A stretch of DNA of 64,000 nucleotides, taken from the NCBI RefSeq assembly GCF_006345805.1, contig NC_043006.1, forward strand, positions 60,822,001 to 60,886,000, read 5' to 3'. The stretch is from Octopus sinensis (Eukaryota). Positions 36,782 through 49,090 of the stretch are shown here, one piece after another. The number at the start of each line of letters is the position of its first letter. Within the stretch, counting starts at the first letter, position 1. The translations under genes and the position numbers were made by a program. Below the pieces are notes generated by a model that was not told the origin of the DNA, searched no databases, and saw nothing but the letters and a program-made list of their open reading frames with translations.

Positions 36782-37214
36782 ATATTAGTTATCGCCATAC
36801 TAATATGGCATTCTTATAAAAATAAGAATAAAGCTGTCCGCTTATTAGCTCCATGAGGCCATCGCCTTAAGTTAGCTATTTGATACACAAACTGTATCCA
36901 TATAACCTTTGAACAAGGGAGGTCAGTCGCTCCACACTACTTGGCCGGCAAATAAAACCTTTGAACAGAGATTGTCAGAAGCGACACCTACTGGTCTGGC
37001 TACGCTGCATTGAAAAGGGGCAATACCCCGAAACGCGTCTGTAGCTGCCGGCCAAGTAGTGTGGAGCGACTGACCTCCCTTGTTCAAAGGTTATATGGAT
37101 ACAGTTTGTGTATCAAATAGCTAACTTAAGGCGATGGCCTCATGGAGCTAATAAGCGGACAGCTTTATTCTTATTTTTATAAGAATGCCATATTAGTATG
37201 GCGATAACTAATAT
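36782..37214. repeat. Perfect 169-bp inverted repeat with a 95-bp spacer containing an HHR
   Basis: Arms 36782-36950 and 37046-37214 read as exact reverse complements. Confidence 0.95.
37004..37045 (+). ncRNA. Minimal type I hammerhead ribozyme with a U3:A8 core variant
   Basis: GCTGCA TTGAAAA GGGG caata CCCC GAAA CGCG TC TGTAGC: 6-bp stem I, 4-bp stem II, palindromic stem III ACGCGT, GUC site after 37039. Confidence 0.75.
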
Positions 37215-37286
37215 TTTCCGGGAACGCTGCCGTTGTTCTCTTTTAGAGAGACTTAGTAATTTTAATATTTCTATTATATATATATA

Positions 37287-37672
37287 CTAGCAGTATCGCC
37301 CGGCGTTGCTCAGGTTTGTAAGGGAAATAACTATAAAGCATTTTTCGAGAGTTATAGCCAAAAAATAGCAAAAAAATGGAAAAAAATGATGGTAAATTTT
37401 TTTTTGAGAGTTAAAAAAGGATGGAGTTGCGTCCCCTAGACAGTTTGTGGTTCTTGTTTCTGATTCTCGACCCCATGTCGAATTTATCGATTTTTTTCAG
37501 AACTGGGGAAACTTTTCAAAATTTTGGCTGCGTTAGTTTTGAATTATGACATTGGGCTATGTGTGTGTCAAGTTTCATCAGAATCGGTTGAAAGCCGTGA
37601 TCAGGGTGAGGGTACAAGCAAACAGACACACAGAAACACGCACCGACAAACTGCCGTTTATATAGAGAGAGA
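37287..37672 (-). mobile_element. Non-autonomous Helitron (~386 bp)
   Basis: Minus strand A|TC start, (TGTC)-type repeats near the 5' end, 3' GC-rich hairpin segment and CTAG|T end; similar to the 5' region of the 3775-7620 element. Confidence 0.8.
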
Positions 37673-37887
37673 TATATGTATATATGTATGTATGTATGTA
37701 TATGTGTGTTTGTGTATATATATACATATACACAGAGATACACACAGACACACATACACACATATATATATATACATACATACATATATAAGGGGAAGCT
37801 TTATGAAAATAAACAATAGACGAAGGCAGGTGGAATACAAACAAACAATTGTATTAGTATGGCGCTCAGGAATATAAATAAAACAAG

Positions 37888-37925
37888 TCTTTTACATTTC
37901 GAGCCTACGCTCTTCAACAGAAAGA
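37888..37925 (-). ncRNA. Hammerhead-like variant (U at position 6, extra A after A9) in a short non-coding repeat
   Basis: Minus strand: TCTTT CTGTTGA A GAGC gtag GCTC GAAA TG TA AAAGA. Confidence 0.5.
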
Positions 37926-38001
37926 TACACAGAAAAGAAACACGGAGAGAAACAGGGAGAGAAAAAAATGCATGCAGAGGCTAGCGAATCAAAATGGCGA
38001 A

Positions 38002-38038
<37 letters not shown>

Positions 38039-38101
38039 CACAGAGATACACACAGACACACATACACACACACATATATATATATTGAGAGGGATAGATA
38101 G

Positions 38102-38148
<47 letters not shown>

Positions 38149-38299
38149 TGAGGGAAGTAAATAGGCACGCTTATAATAATCATTAAAATTATTTAAATCT
38201 GAAATTATACATTCAACTTATTATTAATTGTTATTATGTAAATATTTAATATTTAGTAGACATGTCCTATATGCATGTTTAAATGCACTGACCCTATTA

Positions 38300-39130
38300 G
38301 GTATGTTACTGATCAGATGACGAATATTGTCTTGCGGAATTTCTCGACAAGTTTTATCAGTAATCTCAAAATATCTGGCTTTGAAGATACATTCTTGCTC
38401 TTTTTATGACTGGCTTGGTCATGGAAACTATTTAATGCTATTCTAATCCAACAAATCTTGTGACAAGGAGCCCCATCTTCCATAAATAGTCTTCTTTAAT
38501 TACTTCACCACTGGAGAAGATTAGCAGGAGTTCTTGCTGCAATATGGACACATATTTATCTGAGTTTATGCTTCTCTCACACTTCCCCAACTCTGATCAA
38601 CCAGTGCTCGCAATTGCTCCATAGACCATCACGGAATAGCTGCCGTGTTTTATTGTTGGTAGCAATCTTTTCACATCAAATTCTTGATCACAGTCTCCAG
38701 ATCCACATTCGACCAATGTCAGGAAATGCACCAAATCTGGACTCATCAGAGAATATAATAGTGTCACAAAATACTAGTAGCCACCCCACAATCTCACTGT
38801 ATATAGTATCCACAAATATTCAAAACCTGCCAATCAAATAGAATCTCTAAGCATAGCTATTAAATTTAACCTTCTAACACTTCACACTTACCTCAAAATA
38901 CATAATGAACACCACAGTGGAGTCTGCTCTTTTTGAACCCTGAACAAGTCCAACCACAAAATAGTATGAATGTGGCAATTCCCTTGATATTAAACAACAT
39001 GTTTTGGAGATTCCCATCAAAATATTGGCTTGACAGAAACATATATGTAGGTTCTTCTTACGACTTTTGTTAACGTTTTTGAGCTTTATTTTATTTGTAA
39101 TGTTCTTTTAAAAAAAGTCATCTTTCTACA
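38300..39130 (-). mobile_element. Tc1-family transposon remnant (same family as 45463-46661)
   Basis: IIFSDESRFG..LPTIKHGSYSVMVYGAI..INSDKYVSILQQ..FMEDGAPCH. Ends are approximate. Confidence 0.8.
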
Positions 39131-39304
39131 ACATGCAAATAAATCGGTGACTACATCCATTTATTTTCCATTTTTCCATTTTCATCTTGTTTTTCCCTAC
39201 ACACACAGAGATAGATTTATAAATATATATACATACACACACACACACATATATATATGTATGTATATATATGTATGTGTGTATGTGTGTATGAGTCTAC
39301 TTTA

Positions 39305-39335
<31 letters not shown>

Positions 39336-39901
39336 TTTATAAATGTATAGAATATTTTGTTTAAGCATAAGCAGCAATAACCTTCGAAATTATAGAAATA
39401 GTTGGGTATCTCTCAGTTATCCAAATTCCAGTTATCCAAATTGACCAAAACAATTGAAGACAATTCCCCTTGATCCAAACACACTCACTTCTTAGACTAT
39501 GTTTCATATACTTCATATGCCTATATTGACTTTACATATATTTCGCCATCAAGCATCGAACTCTGTTTATCTCCATTTTCTTCCTGACTTACTGTGCATC
39601 TGTATCTATAGACATTCCTTCCTGCTATAGAGTTATGAAAAAGAAGTTTCTTAACACAAACATCTGCATATACACTAGAAATACACAGTCATATATCATA
39701 GAACTTTTCAGTCTTTTACATAATTGCTCTTTATTATCATAATTTGTCAAAATATATTGCAATTTCTGTCCTTGTGTACACTATATATGATGGTTCATTG
39801 TCGTTTATATATTTACCCGGTAATTTACATCTAAGGAGGCATTTATGTATGTATGAATGTATATGTGCGCATATATATATTATATATATATATTATATAT
39901 A

Positions 39902-39934
<33 letters not shown>

Positions 39935-40082
39935 GGTGTGGTTGTGTATGTGTGCGTGCGTACATGTCTGTGTGTTTACTGTCGCCGTCTTAGCATCATG
40001 CTAAGAGCACCATTTCTGAACCTATGTCCAACAAACAACATTGATACAAAAGGTGTGCAAATACACACGAACGCACGCACGC

Positions 40083-40113
<31 letters not shown>

Positions 40114-41029
40114 AGCACACCCATACACACCCACACACACACACGCACGGTTTTAATTTGAATGTGTTTTTTAATGAGAATAACTGATCTGCTGGAGGAT
40201 ATGGCTAATTTTTTTACGTCAAGTACTTCGGCTGACATTTGGTTTCCAGACACGATGTGCAAACAAAAATAATTAATAGCGACAGAAGCATTGTTAATAT
40301 CAAAAGTCAATATTTATTTCTCACTTAATGTGTTTTCCTAGAACACAGAATACTGCGTTATGTACCATGATATAAGCTCTCATATAGACTCGTGGTGCCT
40401 AAAATTACTCTTGTCTATATCATTGACAAGCGATAACCGTCTGCTACGGCCGACAGAAATGTGAGATCCCGAGGTTTTGCCCTTCTGTGGGTTTGTCAAT
40501 GACAAACGTCCAGCGTAGACATAGTCACCGATTCCACTGTCAACGATATATAGAGTATCATTGTCAATTCAGTCACTGGTATCGCAAATAACATTGAAAA
40601 TTAATTAATAGCGAAAAAGCAGAAGTAAAACCAAAAGGATAATTTTTTCCAATAAATTTGGTTGGTGCATTAGGAGGTAGTTCCGGCGGACGTAGCGGTC
40701 GGTTATCACCCGGCAAAGATAAACACACGAGCGCTTTTATACACCACATGTCCATAAAATATGTCTTCTGATGGTTAATAAGGAAGTATACTGTGTTTTA
40801 ACACACAAAATCCATAGTTAGTGGTAGATAGAAATTACCCTTTGTGTAGAAAATGGGTTTTCTCTGGTGTTGAAACTAAAAAAAATGGTTTAATAGCTCT
40901 GTTCGGAGTTGCTGTTGAGTTTCGTATGAAATATCTTTAAAAGATATTCCTTTAAATATAAGAAACAGCAGTTTGTCCACATTTTTTGTAACACGGGTTA
41001 TACGGTTCTCTGAAAAAAAAATCTGTACA

Positions 41030-41480
41030 TACGATCGGAGGTTATTTTTATAGAGTGATTTAAAGACTATTTTAAAAGAAAATTAGATAAATTACCTCGA
41101 TGACTGCTTCGTAGATTAAATCAGAAATAACGAAAAGCTTACAAAATTTCAAGAAATAATCAATATCATCCATGAATCAATCACATTTTCAATGCAAATG
41201 AAAAGCAAAAAATAAAAATTAAAAGAAAAATCAAAAAAAAAAGAAAGAAAAAAAGGAAGGCCAGTTTTAGATATTCTAAAAAGTAGGAAAATAGAATTTT
41301 TACAACAAATGTCTACAGCATAGGAACGGATATACACAATTATGCACACTACAGATTTTTCCATGCCAAAAGGAATATTCCATTTATTATGGCAAACTGC
41401 ATATGCCATAGTCTCAACTAGACCAGCACGACGGATTTACCCACATCAGTTATTCACAAAAACAATTAGATATTTGAAAG
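41030..41480 (+). mobile_element. Penelope-like RT C-terminal fragment, decayed
   Basis: YLDDCF..IINIIHESITFSM..VLDIL..TTNVYS-GTDIHNY..KRNIPF; parallels 62460-62780. Confidence 0.7.
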
Positions 41481-42177
41481 TTACCACTTCGCTATATCAC
41501 AAAATAGACCACTGTGAAAATAAAATCAGTGAGAAAACATTTATATAACACGATAAATCAATATTGACTTATGAAGGTACTTGTCTTTATCTGGGGTTTC
41601 TATGAATTTATAAAAGAAATATTAATATTGTTCAGAGAGTTTTCCGGAGTCACATCGCGAATTTTGAATACGTGCAATTTGTAATTCACAAAAGAAAAAG
41701 TTAGAAAAGATGCGCTGGAACATTTATTAAAACATAAACCTGTGAAAGAACTATTTCTATATATTATCAATGAAATACAACAGTTTATGGTCTAAGAAAC
41801 CTCACAGGCAATCGTTATAGTGGATGATTTGTAAACAGACTTCCGACTACTTCATGATAGAAACAAAACGCAAAGTAAAAAAAAAAAAAAAGAAACATAG
41901 CCCACTTTAACATTCTTGTTGGTCATGGTCTGCTTTCCTTTCAGAGGCCCCTTTATTTCTAAGCAAATTGTCTAAAGCAAACCATTAATGTAATTATCTC
42001 CTTATTTCACAAACCATTTCATGGACTTATAACTTTGCTGGAAGGCAATAATGAATAAACAATTTGTAATAACAAAGGAACGACAAATACATAGCATCTA
42101 TATTTGCATTTACAATTCCACTTGATTTACTTTTATATTTAGACATTGTGTATCCCTCAGACATAGTCGTCCATGCA

Positions 42178-42179
<2 letters not shown>

Positions 42180-42231
<52 letters not shown>

Positions 42232-42334
42232 TACATATACAATATATATATATATATATATGTAGGTATATATAGGTATACGTACATATATATGTGTATA
42301 TATATATTCATATATATATGTATATACATGTATA

Positions 42335-42421
<87 letters not shown>

Positions 42422-42520
42422 TACATATACAATATATATATATATATATATGTAGGTATATATAGGTATACGTACATATATATGTGTATATATATTCATA
42501 TATATATGTATATACATGTA

Positions 42521-42601
<81 letters not shown>

Positions 42602-42609
42602 ATATATAT
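42180..42609. repeat. (AT)n compound microsatellite with a ~180-bp higher-order duplication
   Basis: The GTAGGTATATATAGGTATACGTAC block occurs at ~42262 and ~42452. Confidence 0.9.
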
Positions 42610-43020
42610 GGGTCACCTACTCTACACCAGCTACTCCTTACAGACACCAACCGTCCCCATGCCCTGTCTGACATAAACTCAAGCGCAAACAGACGGGAGC
42701 TTAAAATTTACTCTCCCCCGCCCTGTAATGAAAAGTATGTGGTAATGTATAACGGACAAATCGAAGAACTTTACAATGAGAGAGACTCGTGGGACGGTGT
42801 GATAAAAGTGGATGCAACGGGAGTAAAGTGTCTGCTCGAGTACACTCACTGTGCGATGGCGGCCCCAGTGTATCTGTTCAGATAAAAGAATTATGTGAAA
42901 AACTTTGACAGCGAGTGGTGTGTGAAGAAAATAGATACCAGCACCATGCCTGAACGGGTAAAATATTTTGATATTTTAAAGAAGTATAATATAGACATTC
43001 TGCGGAAAAGTGGAGATTAA
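42610..43020 (+). pseudogene. Orphan ORF remnant (137 codons, one internal TAA, 5' end lost in a microsatellite)
   Basis: [64 protein letters not shown]; the frame continues 44 codons past the stop. Confidence 0.4.
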
Positions 43021-43527
43021 CTGTTTCAGATGATGTTGTAAATAGTGTTGTAAACTAGTATTCTAAAATAGAAGTTATATTAACAGGTTCAATGAAGTCG
43101 CTCTGCGGTGGGGGCCTAACGGCTTCATTTCAATTTTAATTTTATGTAATTCATCGTTTCCATTCGTTTTTCTCCCCTGACTTGTGCTTTTCCTTCTTTG
43201 TACGGCCTTCATTGCCAATTTCACGAAATAAAGAAGCTTGCTTCCGATTTGAAGACGTCGGTCGTGCTTTTTTTTTTTGCGCTCTTTAAGTTATCATTTA
43301 TATTGTTGAAACTCTGTCATTTACTGTAAACTGTTGTTGAAAATTATTGTTGAAAATTAAAATTATGAACTGTTGCCTGTCTGCAGGCTGTGTTGGGCTA
43401 TTTTATTTCCCGGTATTCCGGAGACTAGTGAAATTTCTGTAGCCATTTGGTATTTGTTTATTCGACTGGATTCTTCAACGGTGTGCATTTTTTAAAATTC
43501 AGCCTATGTAGGCATTGTTGAACTGTG

Positions 43528-43829
43528 CCCCACCCCCAAACGTGGGTGGAATTTGAACTGTTGTTCCTATTGCGAGGAATTTATGTTTTGAAGGTAGAAA
43601 AAATAAAGGGGAAACCTACAATTTTCTTTTGAAAAAGAAACTTGTATACAGCCATTTTAGGCTTTTTTTTAACTGCATCCCTCCTTCTGACGGGGGTGGG
43701 ATTTGAACTGTTGTTCCTCTTGAGAGGAAGTAATTTTTTGGAGAGAAGAACGGAAGCCTATACTTTTTCCACCGTTTTTGGCTTCATTAAGCTACATCCC
43801 TCCCGCTAAAAGGGATGGGATTTGAACTT
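43528..43829. repeat. Three imperfect direct repeats, each a CCC..GGG hairpin followed by ATTTGAACT
   Basis: TTTGAACT at 43552, 43702 and 43821, each preceded by a C-rich/G-rich stem-loop. Confidence 0.75.
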
Positions 43830-43905
43830 AATGATTGCCAATAAAAAAAAAATTTAAGAACTGAGTTTTTTTGTTCATGTTTTCTGCTAATTTATCTCGA
43901 CCGAA

Positions 43906-44255
43906 ATGTCAGTGGTGATAATAAGAGAAAAATGCCCTCTCGAAGTGTGTGATGCTTTGGAGGCAAAACAGCCTCCAAAACAAGTCGCCAAAAGCGTTGC
44001 AGCAGTCGCTGCCGTACAAATGGAAGTCTGGAGATCCCATTGGAGGAACTCCAGGAAATGTTTAAAAGAATGACAGAGGAAGAGGGTGAGGTAAAAATAT
44101 CACCTCCCACCAACACAACAGAAGAAATTTTATAAAAAGCAATTATATTCTTGGCTACTCTAGCAAAGAGACCCACTCCCCAAACTGTGGTTCCCACACA
44201 AGTGAAGCCAAGAGTGCTAAGCAACATTGCCCATATTCAAACAAGTTTTGCATAA
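43906..44255 (+). pseudogene. Orphan ORF remnant (~116 aa if one frameshift and one stop are repaired), AATAAA just after the stop
   Basis: MSVVIIREKCPLEVCDALEAKQPPK/TSRQKRCSSRCRTNGSLEIPLEELQEMFKRM..EEIL*KAIIFLATLAKRP..QTSFA*; AATAAA at 44257-44262. Confidence 0.35.
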
Positions 44256-45417
44256 GAATAAAAACATGGATTCATGGGTGAACTTTTTTTAAGATAGCTG
44301 ATAAATGAACTCACTTCAGTTACTTATGCATAAAAGCTCATCTAAATATGATACAGGAAATTGTTTTGAGCCAGTTCTGTTCCAGTTCCACTAAGTAAGT
44401 AATTCTTATACCTAGACACAGATGTGTTGCGTATGTTAAATAATAGATAGAACACACTATCCAAAACTCTTAACCGCGACTACTGTCCGGAGTTGAATTA
44501 ACTGATTCATACAATGGTGATTATTCTATCCTATTAAATGATATTAATCTCACGTGCATAACATTCCAAATCGTTAATTATTAGACTACTTCCTATTGCT
44601 GGCTTTCTTTGATATCCGATCTGGTATTTCCTCTAACTCGCTACTATGTGTAGTTTAGTATATAACCCTTTCTTTGAAATCCTTGATGATAAGTAGTACT
44701 CTAATATTACTTCCAAGTTATTTTATCCTCTCCAGGGAAAATGTCCTATTACTACAAGCGGTCCCCACTATCCCATACAACATATTCGTCTCTAAAACAA
44801 CACCCTCTATATTTTCACTTTACTAGATAAATCAATTCGTTAACAGTTAGAACTTATCATTCGATTGCATTCGTACCCTCCCTCACCATTCAACCTGTGT
44901 CTACAGAATACCCCTAAATTCTGTGTATCTCTGCCCTCTTCCTTTTGGTCTTTAGCCTTAGCTTAGCGAATCCTAAATCCCGACCCTATGCCTAATCGGC
45001 GTTTTATGCATATATAATTTAGCTTTTACAGTTTGCTTCTTTTATTCTTTCTTTATTCTTTATCCTTACTTTATCCTCGGTCCTCTCCCAGCTACTCACT
45101 TCTCTAAGTCTAGTATAATAAAATATCACCTACATCCCACTGTAGCCTACCAAAGACTCCTGTCTCACATCGCGTCGCTGACCTTACATATCATATTACC
45201 CCATTTCGCAAACTTAACCTAGACCCACTCCCTAACGCCTACAACGGCGAATTTTGTTGGTCAGCCTCTCTCATAGATAGCGTCGACAGACTTCAGCCAC
45301 GTCCCTACTGTATTCTTGGGTTATATTTATGGTTTGTAAAATTACGTTTCAATTCATGATTAGGATTTTTTGTAATGAAGTAATGTTCTCATTCTTCGTT
45401 TTTAAAATGCGTAATAA

Positions 45418-45451
<34 letters not shown>

Positions 45452-45462
45452 ATGTATATGCA

Positions 45463-46661
45463 CACAGACATGACAGAAGTTAATAGACTCTTCATTAAAC
45501 ATTATTTTAAACTGAAAAGGTTAATAATTTATATATTAATTGACATTTTTATTTTTCACTTTCTATATGTGACTGTACAAAAGAAGCTTTGGAGTTGTCC
45601 GAATTCCAAAGAGGCCATTTTGTGCGTCATCCTGAATGTGGACGTAGCGTTAAATCGCAGAAAACTTTGGGATCCCACTTTCTAGAATTAATAGAGTGAC
45701 TGTGCAATTCACCAGAGAGGGGAAAGTGTTTACATCACCTCGCCCAGGTCGATGAAGTCTCTCTGACAAGACCCCTCACGTTGTTAAGAGAAATGTGGGG
45801 AATAATCCTCGTTGCAACGCCTCTGAAACAGCAGAACAAGTTAATGCTAGTCCCAGAACAGCTGTTAGGTATCTGCACAAACTTGGCCACTATGACAGAG
45901 CAGCGAAAGGGAAGCCACTTCTTCGACCTGCCAATATCAAGTACAGAAAAGATTGGGCCACTGAGATGGTGGAGAGCCTACTAGCATTTTAGGACACTCT
46001 CATATTATCTAATGAGTCCAGGTGTGATATATTTTCTGACAGCGGTTGAGTGTGGGCCTGGAGAGAGTGACCAAGAATTTGACAGGAAAATATAGCAGCC
46101 AGCAATGAAACATGATGGCTATTCTGTGATGATCTGGAGATCAATTTGGAGCAATGGTCGATCAGAGCTGGTAGAGTGTGAGAGAAACAAAACCTCAAAT
46201 AAATATGTGTCCATATTGCAGAACATAATTTTTTCAATCTTCCCCATTGGTGAACTTATTAAAGAAGACTCTTCATTTATGGCTCAGTGTCACACGGTTA
46301 AAAACACCTAAGAGAAAGAAATTAAAAAGTTTCCATAGCCAAGCTAGTCACCAGATATGAACCCTATTGAACATCTCCGGGCATAATAGACAAGACACTT
46401 CGTAAAAAGAACAAGAAAGTATTCTCCAAGCCAGATCTTTTGAGATTACTGCATGGAACTTGGCAAGAAATACCTTGAGAAAATATTCATCTGATCAGTT
46501 GTATGACTAATAGTGTCCTTGCATAAACAAATGCAAGGGGCATACCCACCAATTATTTAATATTCATATTATAATAATTAGTGAATAATTTGAATGTATA
46601 ATTTCAGACTAAAATAAATTTGAACGATTATAAAGATGTCTATTTTTCTGTCATGTCCCTG
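45463..46661 (+). mobile_element. Tc1-family transposon, decayed, with TIRs
   Basis: TIR-like CAGACATGACAGA..AATAGAC vs right reverse complement CAGGGACATGACAGAAAAATAGAC. Peptides NNPRCNASETAEQVNASPRTAVRYLHKLGHY..KPLLRPANIKYRKDWA, MKHDGYSVMIW, SPDMNPIEHL-like. Confidence 0.88.
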
Positions 46662-46737
46662 TTTATAGGTATGTATATGTATACATACGTGTAAGAGCGT
46701 TATATACACACACATATATATGCAGATATATATATAT

Positions 46738-46754
46738 ATAATAATAATAATAAT

Positions 46755-46791
<37 letters not shown>

Positions 46792-46826
46792 GTAATAATA
46801 ATAATAATATTAATAATAATAATAAT
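46738..46826. repeat. (AAT)n microsatellite
   Basis: Direct reading. Confidence 0.95.
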
Positions 46827-47028
46827 ATTAGGGAGTATATCAAAACTTACAAGGAAAAATTAAATTTAGCATTAAATCAAATTTTACAGTATAAATATAA
46901 ATTAAATTAGAAATAAATTAGAGATAATATTGTATATTATATTAATTATATTTATTTTTTGTTTTTTATGTTTTGGTTTATGTCTATCACGGTTTGAGTT
47001 GCCTAATAGTGGTTTTGTCTCTAATTTA

Positions 47029-47064
<36 letters not shown>

Positions 47065-47394
47065 TCTGCGTGTGTGTGTGCGCACGCGGGTGCGTGTGTG
47101 TTTATGCACATGCGTATGTGCGAACATATGCAGTATAATTTTTACTGATGAATAAATCACATTCCTTCTCAAACACTTATGATAAAAACTTTACTTTAAC
47201 ATTAGTTCTTTTAGACAGGTGATATACACATTTCCTAGTCCTAAACTAAGTCTGTCCTATCAAACTTCCTACCTACCTACCAACGTACCTACCTGTCTGA
47301 CTGTATATTTGTCTGTCTGTCGCTATTTGTATTATCCATATATGAATATAGATATTGTGTGTGTAAATGTGTGTACACGTATATGTCTATATAA

Positions 47395-47615
<221 letters not shown>

Positions 47616-48354
47616 TTGGAACATACTGATTTTTCATCATATTACGATATTGAATTAAGTAAAGTAAAAGTAACATACAGAAAAACTAAAAGCATTAATC
47701 GACCAATTGCTAAACTCAGAATAGGAAAAAAACATCATCGTACAGATCGCTAATGTAAATATATATCAGAATTATTTGTGAAAATCAAACAAAATAGACC
47801 AGAAGACTGTCTGCTTCGTCTATACATACATTCACGTGCATACTGAAGAAAAAACTATTTTGACATATGAATGCAATGAACAGACTATTGTGCACTGCTG
47901 TACATTTTGTATAACGTTCAATTGCACCAGAAAATATCAAACATTATACCAACTACTATGTGCTGGCACACACACTCGCGCGGATATATGCATTTGTGTA
48001 TATATTGTATACATACATGTATGTATATATGTGTGTGTGTATGCGTGTGTGTGTTTGAGTGTGTATGTGTGTGTGTGTGTGTATGAATAAAAATTGCACA
48101 GAAGGACGACAAAGGAACACACGGAAAAAATTTATGCATATTCTGCATCAGTTATCGGCCAAAAATCATCACAATTTCGCGCCATTACCAATCAAAATGT
48201 TAACTGATAGCGTCAACGGCTTACGCGGCTTGTATGTGTAAGGGGATGTAAACGACTGTGACGAAAATATGCAAATGATAAAGGACGGCAGAGTAAGAAC
48301 AACATGTGACAGCTAGTTGACGTGTATGCACACACACGTATGTATACATATATA

Positions 48355-48593
48355 CAATTAAGGCGGCGAGCTGGCAGAGACGTTAGCGCGCCGGGCGAAA
48401 TGCGTAGCCGTATTTCGTCTCCCGTTACGTTCTGAGTTCAAATTCCGCCGAGGTCGACTTTGCCCTTCATCCTTTCGGGGTCGATTAAATAAGTACCAGT
48501 TATGCACTGGGGGTTAATGTAATCGACTTAATCCGTTTGTCTGTCCTTGTTTGTCCCCTCTGTGTTTAGCCCCTTGTGGGTAGTAAAGAAATA
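48355..48593 (+). mobile_element. Young full-length family-B SINE (Meta-domain-like core) with an 18-bp TSD
   Basis: AAGGCGGCGAGCTGGCAG..GAGGTCGACTTTGCCCTTCATCCTTTCGGGG..GTGGGTAGTAAAGAAATA; CGTATGTATACATATATA at 48337-48354 and 48594-48611. Confidence 0.9.
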
Positions 48594-48794
48594 CGTATGT
48601 ATACATATATATATATATATATAATATACGGGTTTAGTTCACAGGTGTGTGCTGTAACGGACTAACAGGTTTCCAAGCTCGTAACCGAGACTGTAGTGAT
48701 GGAACTATGGAACTATTGTAGACTTCTGATGCAGCGGATATAAGTTTGTTAGAAAGAAAAACAGACACGAATAACAATAACATTAATAATAATG

Positions 48795-49085
48795 TTGTTG
48801 TTGTTGTTCCTTCTCGAGCCACGCCTGGTTAATAGGGCCGGTCTCCCGGTTTCCTTGGCGTATAGGTTTCCCACCTGGACGGGACACCGGTCCGTCGCAG
48901 TCGAGTTGCAAGATGCAGGAGGAAGGAGTGAGAGAAAGTTGTGGCGAAAGAGTCAGCAGAGGTTCGCCATTATCTTCTGCCGGAGCCGCGTGGAGCTTAG
49001 GTGTTTCGTTCATAAACGCGCACATCACCCGCTCTGAGATTCGAACTCGCGAGTCCGCTGCTCTAACCACTAGGCCATGTGCCGC
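48795..49085 (-). mobile_element. tRNA-derived SINE (family C) with (AAC)n tail
   Basis: Minus-strand head GGCACATGGCCTAGTGGTTAGAGCAGCGGACTCGCGAGTTCGAATC; body homologous to 3372-3658. Confidence 0.8.
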
Positions 49086-49090
49086 CACAA

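Noticed and set aside
43528-43829. Repeat-spacer pattern as a CRISPR-like array
   Set aside because: Only three poorly conserved repeats with ~80-110-nt spacers, a eukaryotic context and no cas genes.
43892-44227. 111-aa minus-strand ORF in the track
   Set aside because: The plus strand gives a more protein-like repaired frame with a start codon and AATAAA; the minus frame is probably its antisense shadow.
44400-45330. Possible Ty3/Gypsy RT remnant on the minus strand (TPDSSRG*EFWIV, LFNIRNTS)
   Set aside because: Only two very weak motif resemblances amid many stops; not supportable without an HMM search.
47125-47200. CTGATGA ATAA..TTAT GATA as a hammerhead (also CTGAAGA at ~47843 and ~12109)
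   Set aside because: GAAA, stem III or stem I are broken at several positions; indistinguishable from chance in AT-rich DNA.
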